The notes below the pieces were generated by a model. That model was not told the origin of the DNA and searched no databases. It saw nothing but the letters and a program-made list of their open reading frames with translations. Position numbers and translations under genes: made by a program. From NCBI GenBank assembly GCA_964596525.1, contig CAZQUL010000002.1, positions 9,444-73,443 of the forward strand: a stretch of DNA of 64,000 bases. Direction: 5' to 3'. The stretch comes from an uncultured Gammaproteobacteria bacterium (lineage in GTDB: Bacteria; Patescibacteriota; Patescibacteriia; Magasanikbacterales; GWA2-37-8). Of this stretch, positions 18,043 through 29,706 are shown piece after piece (the first letter of the stretch is position 1; each line of letters begins with the position of its first letter).

Positions 18043-19008
18043 ATGCACCAAGCCTTTTCCGCTCTCCACGATCATCTCAAAGAGAGTAAGAAAATTGTAC
18101 TTATTCCGCACCAGCACCCAGACGGGGACGCGATGGGATCTGCCACCGCTTTTTTGGAATACCTGACGTGCCAGGGCAAAGAGTGCACGATTTTCTGCGC
18201 CACGCCGGTGGGCGACAAATGGCACTTCTTGCACCGCGCTCATCATGCCACGAACGATCCGGCCGTACTTTCGCACCCAGACATCGACACCATCATTGTG
18301 CTTGATTCAGGCGACCTTAAATACGCGGGCGTTGAACATCTTCTAAAAGATCATCCGGCCACGATTGTGAACATCGACCACCACACCACCAACCAGCATT
18401 TCGGCCACATTAACGTAGTCAACCCGGCTGCTTCGTCGACGAGCGAAATTTTGTACCGCTTCTTCAAGCACACGGCTGCGCCCCTGAACGACAACATGGC
18501 CACCTCGCTTTTAACCGGCTTCATTACGGACACCGATAATTTCACCAACGCCGCCACCTCGGCCGATGCCATGGCCTTTGCCGGTGATCTCGTCGACAAC
18601 GGCGGCGATATTCACCGTGTCAACGATCTCTTGGTGAAAAACAAAACCGTCGACTCGCTCAAACTCTGGGGCAAAGCGCTCGAGCGCCTCAAAAAGCACG
18701 ACGATACCGACCTCACCTACACCTACATCACGCGCGACGATCTTAAAGAAACCAACGCGAGCGACAGCGAATCCGAAGGCATCGCCAACTTCCTTAACAA
18801 CTTAGGCGACACCAAAATCGCGCTTATCCTTAAAGAAACGATCGACGGCAAAATCAAAGGCAGCTTCCGTACTATCCGTGATGACGTGGATGTCTCCGAA
18901 ATCGCCAAACGCATGGGTGGTGGCGGTCACCGGCGCGCGGCCGGGTTCACGGCCGAAGGGTCGATGAAAGATATCCTGGGAAAAATCATCAACGCCGCCA
19001 AAACGTAA
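18043..19008 (+). CDS. nrnA: DHH/DHHA1 phosphoesterase (NrnA-like)
   Basis: HQHPDGDAMGS, VLD, NIDHH, TDT, GGGGHRRAAG. Confidence 0.92.
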   Translation: MHQAFSALHDHLKESKKIVLIPHQHPDGDAMGSATAFLEYLTCQGKECTIFCATPVGDKWHFLHRAHHATNDPAVLSHPDIDTIIVLDSGDLKYAGVEHLLKDHPATIVNIDHHTTNQHFGHINVVNPAASSTSEILYRFFKHTAAPLNDNMATSLLTGFITDTDNFTNAATSADAMAFAGDLVDNGGDIHRVNDLLVKNKTVDSLKLWGKALERLKKHDDTDLTYTYITRDDLKETNASDSESEGIANFLNNLGDTKIALILKETIDGKIKGSFRTIRDDVDVSEIAKRMGGGGHRRAAGFTAEGSMKDILGKIINAAKT

Positions 19009-19130
19009 GAAACCCGTTCGTAGAGAGCGGGTTTTTATTTAAAGGCACTGCCCCGCCGGCACTCATCACAACTATTTACTAGAGTCTGTTCTCCTGCTAT
19101 AGTTTCCCCATTCCTACTTAGCTTACCTGT

Positions 19131-19745
19131 ATGAAAAAATCTTCATTCGAAGGCCCTTCTAGCCAATACCTTATCCCGACCGTCATTGAAAAAACCCACC
19201 TCGGCGAGCGCGCCTATGATATTTATTCCCGCCTCCTGCAAGACCGCATCATTTTCCTCGGTACCGGCATCGATGACGTGGTAGCCAATTCCATCATCGC
19301 GCAGCTCCTGTTTTTGGAAAACCAGAATTCGGAAAAAGACATCAAGCTCTACATCAATTCCCCCGGCGGTTCGGTAACGGCTGGCCTCGCCATCTACGAC
19401 ACCATGCAGTACATCAAATCGGACGTTTCGACCATCTGCATCGGCATGGCAGCCAGCATGGGCGCAGTACTCCTTGCGGCCGGCGCCAAAGGCAAACGAT
19501 TCGCGCTCCCGAATGCCGAAGTGATGATCCATCAAGTCATGGGCGGTATGGAAGGCCAAGCGAGCGACATCAAAATCCACGCCGAGCGTATTTTGCACGT
19601 CAAAGACCGTCTCAACTCCATTCTCGCCAAACACACCGGCCGCGATCTTAAAACCATCGAGCGCGACACGGACCGCGACAACTTCATGACCGGGGACGAA
19701 GCTAAAAAATACGGTCTCATCGACAAAGTCATCGAAAACCAATAA
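19131..19745 (+). CDS. clpP: ATP-dependent Clp protease proteolytic subunit
   Basis: [42 protein letters not shown]. Confidence 0.99.
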   Translation: MKKSSFEGPSSQYLIPTVIEKTHLGERAYDIYSRLLQDRIIFLGTGIDDVVANSIIAQLLFLENQNSEKDIKLYINSPGGSVTAGLAIYDTMQYIKSDVSTICIGMAASMGAVLLAAGAKGKRFALPNAEVMIHQVMGGMEGQASDIKIHAERILHVKDRLNSILAKHTGRDLKTIERDTDRDNFMTGDEAKKYGLIDKVIENQ

Positions 19746-19747
19746 TC

Positions 19748-19779
19748 AAAAAGAGCTGCCACCGGGCAGTTCTTTTTTT
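19748..19779 (+). terminator. Intrinsic terminator after clpP
   Basis: AAAAGAGCTGCC-accg-GGCAGTTCTTTTTTT. Confidence 0.8.
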
Positions 19780-19829
19780 GATCTGCTATTGCAACCCGCC
19801 GTGGCGGCGACGAAACCAACCTCGAGAGT

Positions 19830-19934
19830 CCGTCATTGCAAGGAGTGAGTTAGACGAGCGACGAAGCAATCTCCTTGATACTAGAGTGAGCTCTGAATTA
19901 CAGGGGGATTGCTTCGCTGCGCTCGCAATGACGG
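19830..19934. repeat. REP-like palindromic intergenic repeat, copy 2
   Basis: CCGTCATTGCAAG...CGAAGCAATC-core-GATTGCTTCG...CTCGCAATGACGG; homologous to 11716-11818. Confidence 0.9.
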
Positions 19935-19979
19935 TGTTAACGAGCTACTCTCCTAGCTAACAAGCTACCTGACTACCAG

Positions 19980-20624
19980 CTAAACCTTTACACTCCCCTC
20001 AATCGTAAAATCGACATCGCCCTCGGGTCGAAAGATGCGGGTACGCACGAGGCCCGTCAGATACGCGGTCGTACCGAGCGCCCGGCCAATATCGCGAGCG
20101 AGTGCTCGGATATACACGCCCGATCCGCACGTAACGTCGATAACGAGTTCGGGTGGATTGCAGGCGACAATTTCGAGCGAGAAAATTTCTACCTGCTTAG
20201 GGGTCATTACCACCTCTTCGCCGCGGCGAACGCGTTTGTACGCGGGCTGACCCTGTATTTTGAGCGCTGAGTAGACGGGCGGCACCTGCTCGATGGTTCC
20301 GAAGAAGCGAGGAATAATTTCTTCGATGCGAGCGCGTGACGGGGCGATAAAATTCGGATCTTCGACAATCTCCCCTTCCGGATCGTCGGTCGTGGACGAG
20401 GCACCCAAACGGAGCGTGGCGCGATATGTTTTACGCGTATTTTTGAGTACCGCACCAAGAAGCCGGGTGTTCTCGCGACCGATCCCGATAACGAGCACGC
20501 CTTCCGCGAACGGATCGAGCGTTCCTCCATGGCCGATCTTCTCGCCGGGATGAATTTTTTTGAGCCGGCGGATGATATCGTACGACGAAATGCCCGGCGG
20601 TTTATAGTAGCTAGCAAGCGGCAT
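19980..20624 (-). CDS. truB: tRNA pseudouridine(55) synthase TruB (short)
   Basis: KIGHGGTLDPFAEGVL, QVPPVYSALK, CGSGVYIRALARDIG. Confidence 0.96.
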   Translation of the reverse strand: MPLASYYKPPGISSYDIIRRLKKIHPGEKIGHGGTLDPFAEGVLVIGIGRENTRLLGAVLKNTRKTYRATLRLGASSTTDDPEGEIVEDPNFIAPSRARIEEIIPRFFGTIEQVPPVYSALKIQGQPAYKRVRRGEEVVMTPKQVEIFSLEIVACNPPELVIDVTCGSGVYIRALARDIGRALGTTAYLTGLVRTRIFRPEGDVDFTIEGSVKV

Positions 20625-20695
20625 ACAGGTTTTATAAACAAGGTGGAAGTAGTGTATACTACAAGACTCGTTTATTCCAAACTGCACTTTAACGT

Positions 20696-22213
20696 ATGCG
20701 TAGAACTACAGGAGGGGTATCCGGCGGCGGCGTGGCGGCGGCTGCCGAAAAACTATCCACCAACCAAGAAACACACGAGGTTCGCAAACCAGCCAAACGC
20801 GGGGCGTTTAAGGTCGAGGATATTTTTAACAAAGATTTCGTTGGCGATATCAACCCCGATGTCATCGATACTCTCGGCAACAAACCTGACGAGGCGATCC
20901 CCGTAGCACAAGAAGACATCATCAAAGAAGTAACCATTCCCCCGCTCCCCAAACGCCGCGCCAAACCTGCAGCGCAAGAAACACAGCCTGCTGCCGCTAC
21001 AAAAATACCCGAAAAACCAACCGAACAAGAAGGCATTGCCCCAGACGTCGAGCAGGCGTTGAAAAATAAAATCATCGAACGGTACAAAGCCATCAAAAAA
21101 CAAGTCGATAACCGCAAAAAACTCGCCTCAAGCGATCGCATGATGTGGGAAGGGCTCCAGGGCTATGTAGAACATCGCACCGTCGCGCCGACCCTCAAGA
21201 AAAAAGATCGCTATCCGGCCCCCGGTACCGAGCAGCTCATCGTCGATGTCGATAAATTACTCGCAGACGTTGGCGTTATGAACGCTGGTACGCTCGAAGA
21301 GCTCAACACTGAACTCATCCGCCTCGCCGATGAATTAGCAGAACAGCAGCGCCGGTTGCAAGAACACGAAGAACGCCAGGGCGCTATCCATGAAGGGTTT
21401 GCCCTTATTGAAAAACAAGGAAAGCTTAATTTAATTCGCGAATTGGCCAAGCCGGAATCCACCACCACACCTTCCGAGCGAGCGGACTTCATCGAGCAGC
21501 TCCGCAGCAAGAACGAAGAAGAGGCCCGGGTACGTCTGGCCACGGAACGTAAAAGCGAAGTGGAACGCGATGAACGGCAGCGCAAACCGGTCATTGCCGC
21601 CATCCGGCGAGAGCTCGCTCTATTCCTGGACGAAATTACCGACAAAAGCCGCGTTGTGCGCGAAGGAAAAACACGCACCTACCAGCAGGTCGGCACACCG
21701 GAAAAACCCACCAAAGCCGGTTTATTCGCCCGCCTGCTTGAGAAACTCGGTAAAAAACGCATCCCAACCGGCGGAGAACGGGATATTGTCACCACGTATG
21801 AACCGCCGCCGTCGTTGGAACAAATTTTGAAAACCACCGGTTTAAGCGAACTCGACAGCTCACTTCAGCGTACCTGGGACGATATCGTACTCGCCATCCA
21901 AGACCGGTATGACGCGGTGAATGATGAGATTACCGTCGGCAAATTCCGCGCTGATGCCGAAGATATTAAAACCCTTGAAGACGTGCGCACCACAGACTAT
22001 ACCGAGCTCAGAAACGCCATGATTACCCGTGAAGCGCTAGCCCGCTCGACGCAGATCATCACCGGCCGTGACGATTTGAGCAAAGTAAAATTTGCCCGCC
22101 GCATCAGCAACCGCCCCACCCAGCTTTTCGCTCGCTCGCAGGCGTTCAAAGCCGTACGCAAAAGCATCGTGGAACGTCTCTCTAAAGCGAACATCAAAAA
22201 AATCACCGCTTAA
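20696..22213 (+). CDS. Hypothetical charged/coiled-coil protein, gene 1 of a four-gene paralog array
   Basis: 505-aa ORF; shares motifs with the next three ORFs. Confidence 0.75.
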   Translation: MRRTTGGVSGGGVAAAAEKLSTNQETHEVRKPAKRGAFKVEDIFNKDFVGDINPDVIDTLGNKPDEAIPVAQEDIIKEVTIPPLPKRRAKPAAQETQPAAATKIPEKPTEQEGIAPDVEQALKNKIIERYKAIKKQVDNRKKLASSDRMMWEGLQGYVEHRTVAPTLKKKDRYPAPGTEQLIVDVDKLLADVGVMNAGTLEELNTELIRLADELAEQQRRLQEHEERQGAIHEGFALIEKQGKLNLIRELAKPESTTTPSERADFIEQLRSKNEEEARVRLATERKSEVERDERQRKPVIAAIRRELALFLDEITDKSRVVREGKTRTYQQVGTPEKPTKAGLFARLLEKLGKKRIPTGGERDIVTTYEPPPSLEQILKTTGLSELDSSLQRTWDDIVLAIQDRYDAVNDEITVGKFRADAEDIKTLEDVRTTDYTELRNAMITREALARSTQIITGRDDLSKVKFARRISNRPTQLFARSQAFKAVRKSIVERLSKANIKKITA

Positions 22214-22234
22214 AAATCCTATCGTCGCCCTCCT

Positions 22235-22864
22235 ATGCTTACTGCTGAACACGCCGAAAACAACGAGAAACAATCAAACGTTGTTGAACACGATAAGCCG
22301 TCGTTCCATCATGATACGGACGAGATCGATCTAGGTGATGAAGCTTTGCTGAAAGAATTGCTCGTCGAAGAAACGAAAAGTGTATCTGAAAAACAAGAGC
22401 CAACCGGTATTTCCCCCGAGTTGGAAGAAGTTCTTACGGAACGCATCGGACTCTATGTTGACAACTCCAAAGCGGAAAAGCCACTAGCCGCAAACGAACT
22501 TCTTAAGGCCGCCGGTTTTAGTGCCACAGAATTAGCTTCGATCCAACACATCGGTGAGCTGCGCGAATCAATCTCGGGCAAACGTGCGGCCATCGAAGCC
22601 CGGCTCAATGCCCTGGGCTATTCTTCACAAGCCGATTTTGAATACAATCCACTACCCACTAAGTCCGACTTGTATAAAACTATTCCCCACGGCGCCGAAC
22701 TACAGGAGCTCGCCCGACAAATGTCGGCCCTTCAACTCCTCAATGGAATCGAACGCAGCTATGTTCCAGACAAAGACCTCTTTAAACAGGCTACAACACC
22801 GCGTTCAGATATCAGTGGCGCCGTTGATCTTATGAAAGATTACCATCCGGAAGATTTGCCGTAA
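22235..22864 (+). CDS. Hypothetical protein, gene 2 of the array
   Basis: 209-aa ORF; GISPELEEVL...ELLKAAGF...LGYS...QMSALQLL. Confidence 0.75.
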   Translation: MLTAEHAENNEKQSNVVEHDKPSFHHDTDEIDLGDEALLKELLVEETKSVSEKQEPTGISPELEEVLTERIGLYVDNSKAEKPLAANELLKAAGFSATELASIQHIGELRESISGKRAAIEARLNALGYSSQADFEYNPLPTKSDLYKTIPHGAELQELARQMSALQLLNGIERSYVPDKDLFKQATTPRSDISGAVDLMKDYHPEDLP

Positions 22865-22894
22865 TAATAATTTGAATTTAACTATTTTTTCACT

Positions 22895-23758
22895 ATGTGG
22901 CTCAAAGAAATGCCCCATTCCGAAATTGGTAACGGTTTTCACCCCTCAAACAAGACTGAAGAAACAGAAATAATATTCGAATCGGAGGGGTCAAGCCTGC
23001 CGTCCGATTTAAGCAAAGAGTTATCATCACGCCTAGAAAACGTTACTGGTTCACGCATGAATCCGTTACAACTCATGCTAGAAGCTGGCTTGAAGGATCG
23101 CATTGGCCGCATCAAAAGCCTCAAAGACGCCGAGAGCGAGGTTCGTAAAGCGCGCCATAACCTGGAAGGGATTTTCAGCGACTTAGGTTACAGCACTATT
23201 CCCAAAGGCGAGCAGATCGAAGACGATGAAAATGCTGAGGAGGCACGCCGTTTTCTCAAAGAAGCAGAAGCTCTTTCCACTCTCGAACGTGCACTGACGG
23301 ATTTAGGGAAGCTGCCTCTTAAGAAAAAAACTCCTGCTCCGACCCATCTCACCCCTCAACCGGAGAAACGAATTGTCGATGAAGTAATAATGGAGGCTGA
23401 CGAACCGGACGAATACGAAGGTGTCGCTGATCCAAAGCTCATGAAAGATATCGAAAAAGAACTGCGCATGTACTTCGGACTCAAAGCGAGCGATGAAAAT
23501 ACCTATCCTCTCGCAAGCATCTTTAGGGACGCAGGAGTTCAGCTTAGCGAACTTACAGCCTCTACGTACGCGAACATCGGAGGGTTCCACCGTCGAATCC
23601 AAGCAGAGGCGCAGGCTGCAAAAACAGGTACGGTAAAACGACAAGCTCTTGATATCATCGATCAACTGCTGTTCAAAGTGGAATCCGGAGCAGCCATGAA
23701 GCAGCAGGTTAAAAAACATCTCGGCGGCATGTTTAAAAATCTTCAAGATCTAAACTAA
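22895..23758 (+). CDS. Hypothetical protein with two copies of the array domain, gene 3
   Basis: 287-aa ORF; LMLEAGL...LGYS and IFRDAGV...NIG segments. Confidence 0.75.
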   Translation: MWLKEMPHSEIGNGFHPSNKTEETEIIFESEGSSLPSDLSKELSSRLENVTGSRMNPLQLMLEAGLKDRIGRIKSLKDAESEVRKARHNLEGIFSDLGYSTIPKGEQIEDDENAEEARRFLKEAEALSTLERALTDLGKLPLKKKTPAPTHLTPQPEKRIVDEVIMEADEPDEYEGVADPKLMKDIEKELRMYFGLKASDENTYPLASIFRDAGVQLSELTASTYANIGGFHRRIQAEAQAAKTGTVKRQALDIIDQLLFKVESGAAMKQQVKKHLGGMFKNLQDLN

Positions 23759-23772
23759 TTTATTCTATACTT

Positions 23773-24294
23773 ATGACTACTAAACGGTTTTGGCGAAATA
23801 TGGACCAGCATAACCGTTTCGAAGATGAAACTCTCATTTTACGCGGTTCACCGGAACGATCTCAACAAAAACCAGAGTCTCTTTATGACACCGAAGAAAA
23901 AACGGATCTGGCGATGAACGTGGCCGCACTCCAAGAACTTCTAAATCGCGAAGAAGGCAAAGAGGCCAAGAATAATCTCAATCGGTCGCTTGACGCTACG
24001 GTTATTGAGACGAAGCTGAGCGTTCAGCTAAACGCGCTTTTGGGAACTAAAGAGGCGCGCGTTGACTCCATTAATCCGGCCGAGCTCATTGAAACAGCTA
24101 TGGGTATGGATATCGATCGTTTCCGGACAGCCAAAACAGTCGCTGACACGATCAGAATCTGTGAATCTAAACTGCCGGACGTAAAGAAAAAACTAGCCCA
24201 AGAAAAGGATCCACAGAAAAAAATCCAACTCCAAAAACAGATCGGCAGCCTACAACTTCTCCATAAAGCACTTGAGCGCATGATTACCAATTAA
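23773..24294 (+). CDS. Hypothetical protein, gene 4 of the array
   Basis: 173-aa ORF; INPAELIETAMG...QIGSLQLLHKALER. Confidence 0.7.
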   Translation: MTTKRFWRNMDQHNRFEDETLILRGSPERSQQKPESLYDTEEKTDLAMNVAALQELLNREEGKEAKNNLNRSLDATVIETKLSVQLNALLGTKEARVDSINPAELIETAMGMDIDRFRTAKTVADTIRICESKLPDVKKKLAQEKDPQKKIQLQKQIGSLQLLHKALERMITN

Positions 24295-24303
24295 GCAGGC
24301 ACT

Positions 24304-24333
24304 AAAAACCAGAGGATTTTCCTCTGGTTTTTT
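24304..24333. terminator. Intrinsic terminator ending the four-gene array
   Basis: AAAAACCAGAGG-atttt-CCTCTGGTTTTT. Confidence 0.8.
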
Positions 24334-24358
24334 GGTTGCACCCACCCCGCGAGTCTGA

Positions 24359-26464
<2,106 letters not shown>

Positions 26465-26479
26465 AAAAAGAAGTTTAAA

Positions 26480-26508
26480 AAACCGCCTTTCTACGCTGAA
26501 AGGCGGTT
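26480..26508. terminator. Bidirectional terminator between gyrB and the convergent orphan pair
   Basis: AAACCGCCTTTC...GAAAGGCGGTTT. Confidence 0.75.
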
Positions 26509-26522
26509 TGGTTTTTACGTTT

Positions 26523-26966
26523 CTAGGGTGCGGTCGGTTCAAACGGTGCCGGCCGGCACTCCACGAAGAAATCGAGGTAGCCGCGCAAGACCCAGCTTCT
26601 CCGATCGCGCACGCGTGCAGTCCGCCTACCACCGACCTCCGGTTCGCGCAGGTTGACCAAAAACGGCACGTCATTTCCGCAACCGATGATGCAGAACGAA
26701 GTATTTGAGTGAGACAGGCCTGCCTCAGCCGGGGTTGCAGGAGGGTCGGGCAGACTCACAACCGCCACGTGCGGATCTTCGCCCGCGATGACGACCGCGC
26801 TTGAACCACGTCGGACTTCGCCTTTGACATGCATCGTATGAGGAGCTAGGGGATCGTCCCACACAACCGAAAGCGGCGGCAGACTGCCGTATATTTCTTC
26901 GCGTGTCGACGCGCAGCCGGTGGCCGCAAAAAACAAGTATGAAAGACCGATCAGTCTCAAACGCAT
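26523..26966 (-). CDS. Hypothetical lipoprotein
   Basis: GGAGGTG SD; MRLRLIGLSYLFFAATGC lipobox. Confidence 0.65.
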   Translation of the reverse strand: MRLRLIGLSYLFFAATGCASTREEIYGSLPPLSVVWDDPLAPHTMHVKGEVRRGSSAVVIAGEDPHVAVVSLPDPPATPAEAGLSHSNTSFCIIGCGNDVPFLVNLREPEVGGRRTARVRDRRSWVLRGYLDFFVECRPAPFEPTAP

Positions 26967-26991
26967 ATTCACCTCCAGGTTGCGAACTCTC

Positions 26992-27495
26992 TTACTCAAG
27001 TTCGAGACGGTCGTACGATACGATTTTCACGGCGCCCGGAAACGCCAGGCGTACGAGCGCCATCCGGTAGTAAGTTTCGCCGATGCGAGCGACGCAGCCG
27101 GCGGGCTTACTGCCATCCGGTTTATGATCAAGGTCGTAGTACCGGCGCCACGATGCCAGGTAAACATCCTGCAAACTAAGGTTGAACCGCTGCGCGAATT
27201 CCTTCGTCAGCGGCGAGTCCTGCATGAGTGAGAATAGCCGACGACCGACCGGAGATTCGATCGGAACATTCTGGGAAAATTCGAGGCAATCGATAACATC
27301 ATGCAATCGGGCGTTAAGCGTGAGACGCTGATTACCCAGGAGCACGCGCTCTTCCGCGCCATTACTCCTGAGCTCTTTCCACAGACAAGCGAGCACGAAC
27401 AGTAAGCGTCCGCGAAACCGCCGGAGCGGATGGCGGCCGTGCGTGACAGTTACGACGACCGGCGCGCCCACTTTCAGCACTGTATTTCGTTCCAT
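26992..27495 (-). CDS. Hypothetical protein
   Basis: GGAGGT SD before ATG 27495; TTGACA-17-TACGGT promoter. Confidence 0.6.
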   Translation of the reverse strand: MERNTVLKVGAPVVVTVTHGRHPLRRFRGRLLFVLACLWKELRSNGAEERVLLGNQRLTLNARLHDVIDCLEFSQNVPIESPVGRRLFSLMQDSPLTKEFAQRFNLSLQDVYLASWRRYYDLDHKPDGSKPAGCVARIGETYYRMALVRLAFPGAVKIVSYDRLELE

Positions 27496-27618
27496 GTGCC
27501 AACCTCCATAAAAAGGACCGTAAAATGAAACCGGCCTTTTGTCAATGCTTACAAAAATAAAACCGCCTTTCAAAGAAAGACAGTCATACAGGTTTTGGAG
27601 CGGAAAATGGCGGTCGTA

Positions 27619-28071
27619 TCATCCCTTCAGCGGCACCACGCATTCAGCCACATAACTCACACTCTTCACCTTTTTCGAAAAAAGATAGCGCCGCCCCATA
27701 ACGAAATCTTCGGCGGTGCTGGCCATGACGCTGGTCGGGCGCACGCCGTCGAGAAAACGCACGTTCGGACGTTCGCCGCGCAGACACTTGATGCTAAATG
27801 GATGGCTGATCCCCGGCACTGCCAACGCCACTTTCCCCTGGCGCCGCTGAATAAGAAGAACATGGACGCCCTTGGTCGGAAAAAGGCGGGCGTTCCGGAC
27901 CATCATGAACTGGCGTGGCGAACGATCGGTGTGTGGCGGGGCGTAAAACGGATTACGCAGTTCGCCCAGCACAAGAACGCGCGTCTCGTGCTGAATGGTC
28001 GGGGTTGGTGCAGGCAAAACGTGGCTGCAACCGAAAATCGTGAAAGCAAACAAAGAACACAGGTATCGCAT
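27619..28071 (-). CDS. Hypothetical lipoprotein
   Basis: AAGGAG SD; MRYLCSLFAFTIFGC lipobox; TTGACA-17-TATGAT promoter. Confidence 0.65.
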   Translation of the reverse strand: MRYLCSLFAFTIFGCSHVLPAPTPTIQHETRVLVLGELRNPFYAPPHTDRSPRQFMMVRNARLFPTKGVHVLLIQRRQGKVALAVPGISHPFSIKCLRGERPNVRFLDGVRPTSVMASTAEDFVMGRRYLFSKKVKSVSYVAECVVPLKG

Positions 28072-28230
28072 CGATATTTTCTCCTTAAAAACCCCGCACA
28101 TCATACGAAAAAAACGATCAGCTGTCAATAAAAGCATAGTTTAGGCAAAAAAACGGGCAGCATTGACGAAATGAGGCCTTTTTAGTATACTTTTTCCAGC
28201 AGCCAACAGGCTGTTTTAAAAAACACATGT

Positions 28231-28416
28231 ATGCTTACCGCCACCAAAAATTACATTTATAACTCCATTGCCGAACTGCGCAAAGTGACCTGGCCGAACC
28301 GCGAACAAACCATCGCGTACAGCCTCCTCGTCATCGGTATGAGCGTAGGCATGGCGCTCTTTTTCGCCGCACTTGACTATATTTTCAACATTGCAATTAC
28401 GACGATCATTAAATAA
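28231..28416 (+). CDS. secE: Preprotein translocase subunit SecE
   Basis: ELRKVTWP motif, single TM, upstream of nusG. Confidence 0.95.
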   Translation: MLTATKNYIYNSIAELRKVTWPNREQTIAYSLLVIGMSVGMALFFAALDYIFNIAITTIIK

Positions 28417-28498
28417 TGACTTACGCACACGCACTTTAGGCTCGAGGCAACCAGCCTTGGTCGAAGTTCGAAGCGCAAGTCCGAAGTCTCTATATTTT

Positions 28499-29041
28499 AT
28501 GGCTAAGCAAGTCTCCCAAGGCCGCCGTTGGTACGTACTTCACACCTACAGCGGATACGAAGATAACGTCAAACGCAACCTCGAACAGCGTATTGATTCG
28601 TTCGACATGCGCGACAAAATCTTTGGCGTCATGGTGCCTAAAGAAAAGAAGATTAAGATCAAAAACGGCAAGCGTACGTCGATTGAAGAAAAAATCTTCC
28701 CGGGTTACGTGCTCGTCGATATGATGGTGACCGACGATTCGTGGTACGTGGTGCGCAATACGCCGAACGTCACCGGTTTCATCGGTTCGGGCACGACACC
28801 AACCCCCATCGATCAGAAAGAAATCGAAGCGCTCTTCAAACGCGTTAACGGCGGCGAACCGCAGCAGAAGATCGACGTGGAAACCGGCGAAGTGGTGCGT
28901 ATCGTGGATGGCCCCTTCAAGAACTTCGAAGGCAAGGTTAGCCACGTGGACCACGAACGCGGCCGCATCAAAGTCATGGTGTCTATGTTCGGCCGCGAAA
29001 CGCCGGTCGAGCTCGATGCTCTGCAGGTCAAGAAAGTCTAA
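28499..29041 (+). CDS. nusG: Transcription termination/antitermination factor NusG
   Basis: WYVLHTYSGYE, FPGYVLV, VRNTPNVTGF, KOW domain, MFGRETPVEL. Confidence 0.98.
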   Translation: MAKQVSQGRRWYVLHTYSGYEDNVKRNLEQRIDSFDMRDKIFGVMVPKEKKIKIKNGKRTSIEEKIFPGYVLVDMMVTDDSWYVVRNTPNVTGFIGSGTTPTPIDQKEIEALFKRVNGGEPQQKIDVETGEVVRIVDGPFKNFEGKVSHVDHERGRIKVMVSMFGRETPVELDALQVKKV

Positions 29042-29127
29042 GCGCAGGCTTGACAAATCACCTGTTTTCTCTTATAAAATCACCACGAAGCTCGCTACTT
29101 GTTGCCCTTCTTTAAGGGGCTTCTCAA

Positions 29128-29172
29128 TAAGGGAGAGCTTAACCGCCCGATTGCGGGCTGTTAATCACTACT
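29128..29172 (+). promoter_or_regulatory. rplK leader, putative uL1-binding-site-like hairpin
   Basis: GGGAG-AGC...(GCCCG/CGGGC stem)...GCT-GTTAATCAC resembles L1 operator architecture; TTGACA promoter upstream. Confidence 0.4.
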
Positions 29173-29595
29173 ATGGCTAAAAAACTCCTCACTCAAATCA
29201 AACTCCAGATCGTCGGCGGTGCTGCCAACCCGGCCCCTCCGGTCGGTCCGGCGCTCGGCCAGGCCGGCGTCAACATCCAAGCGTTCTGCAAGGAATTCAA
29301 TGACAAGACGCAAGACAAGAAAGGTGAAGTTGTGCCGGTCATCATCAGTGTCTACGCCGACCGCACCTTCGATTTCATCATGAAGATTGCCCCGGTACCG
29401 GAGCTCATCAAGAAAGCCGCAAAAATCGGCAAAGGCTCGGGCAAACCGCTCCAGGAAAAAGTCGGCAAGATCACCAAAGCCCAGGTGAAAGAAATTGCTG
29501 AAAAGAAAATGCCCGACCTTAACTGCCACACCCTCGAAGCCGCTATGCGTATGGTGGAAGGAACCGCCAAGCAGATGGGTGTTACCGTAGAATAA
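29173..29595 (+). CDS. rplK: 50S ribosomal protein L11
   Basis: [33 protein letters not shown]. Confidence 0.99.
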   Translation: MAKKLLTQIKLQIVGGAANPAPPVGPALGQAGVNIQAFCKEFNDKTQDKKGEVVPVIISVYADRTFDFIMKIAPVPELIKKAAKIGKGSGKPLQEKVGKITKAQVKEIAEKKMPDLNCHTLEAAMRMVEGTAKQMGVTVE

Positions 29596-29706
29596 CGCAA
29601 AAATACTTCAAAAAACCGTTTCATGCACATGAGCGGTTTTTTGTTTGCGCGTTCTGGTCTAGGCTAGAAAGAAGAATGCAGAGACACGTCTCAGGAGGGT
29701 TTACAC

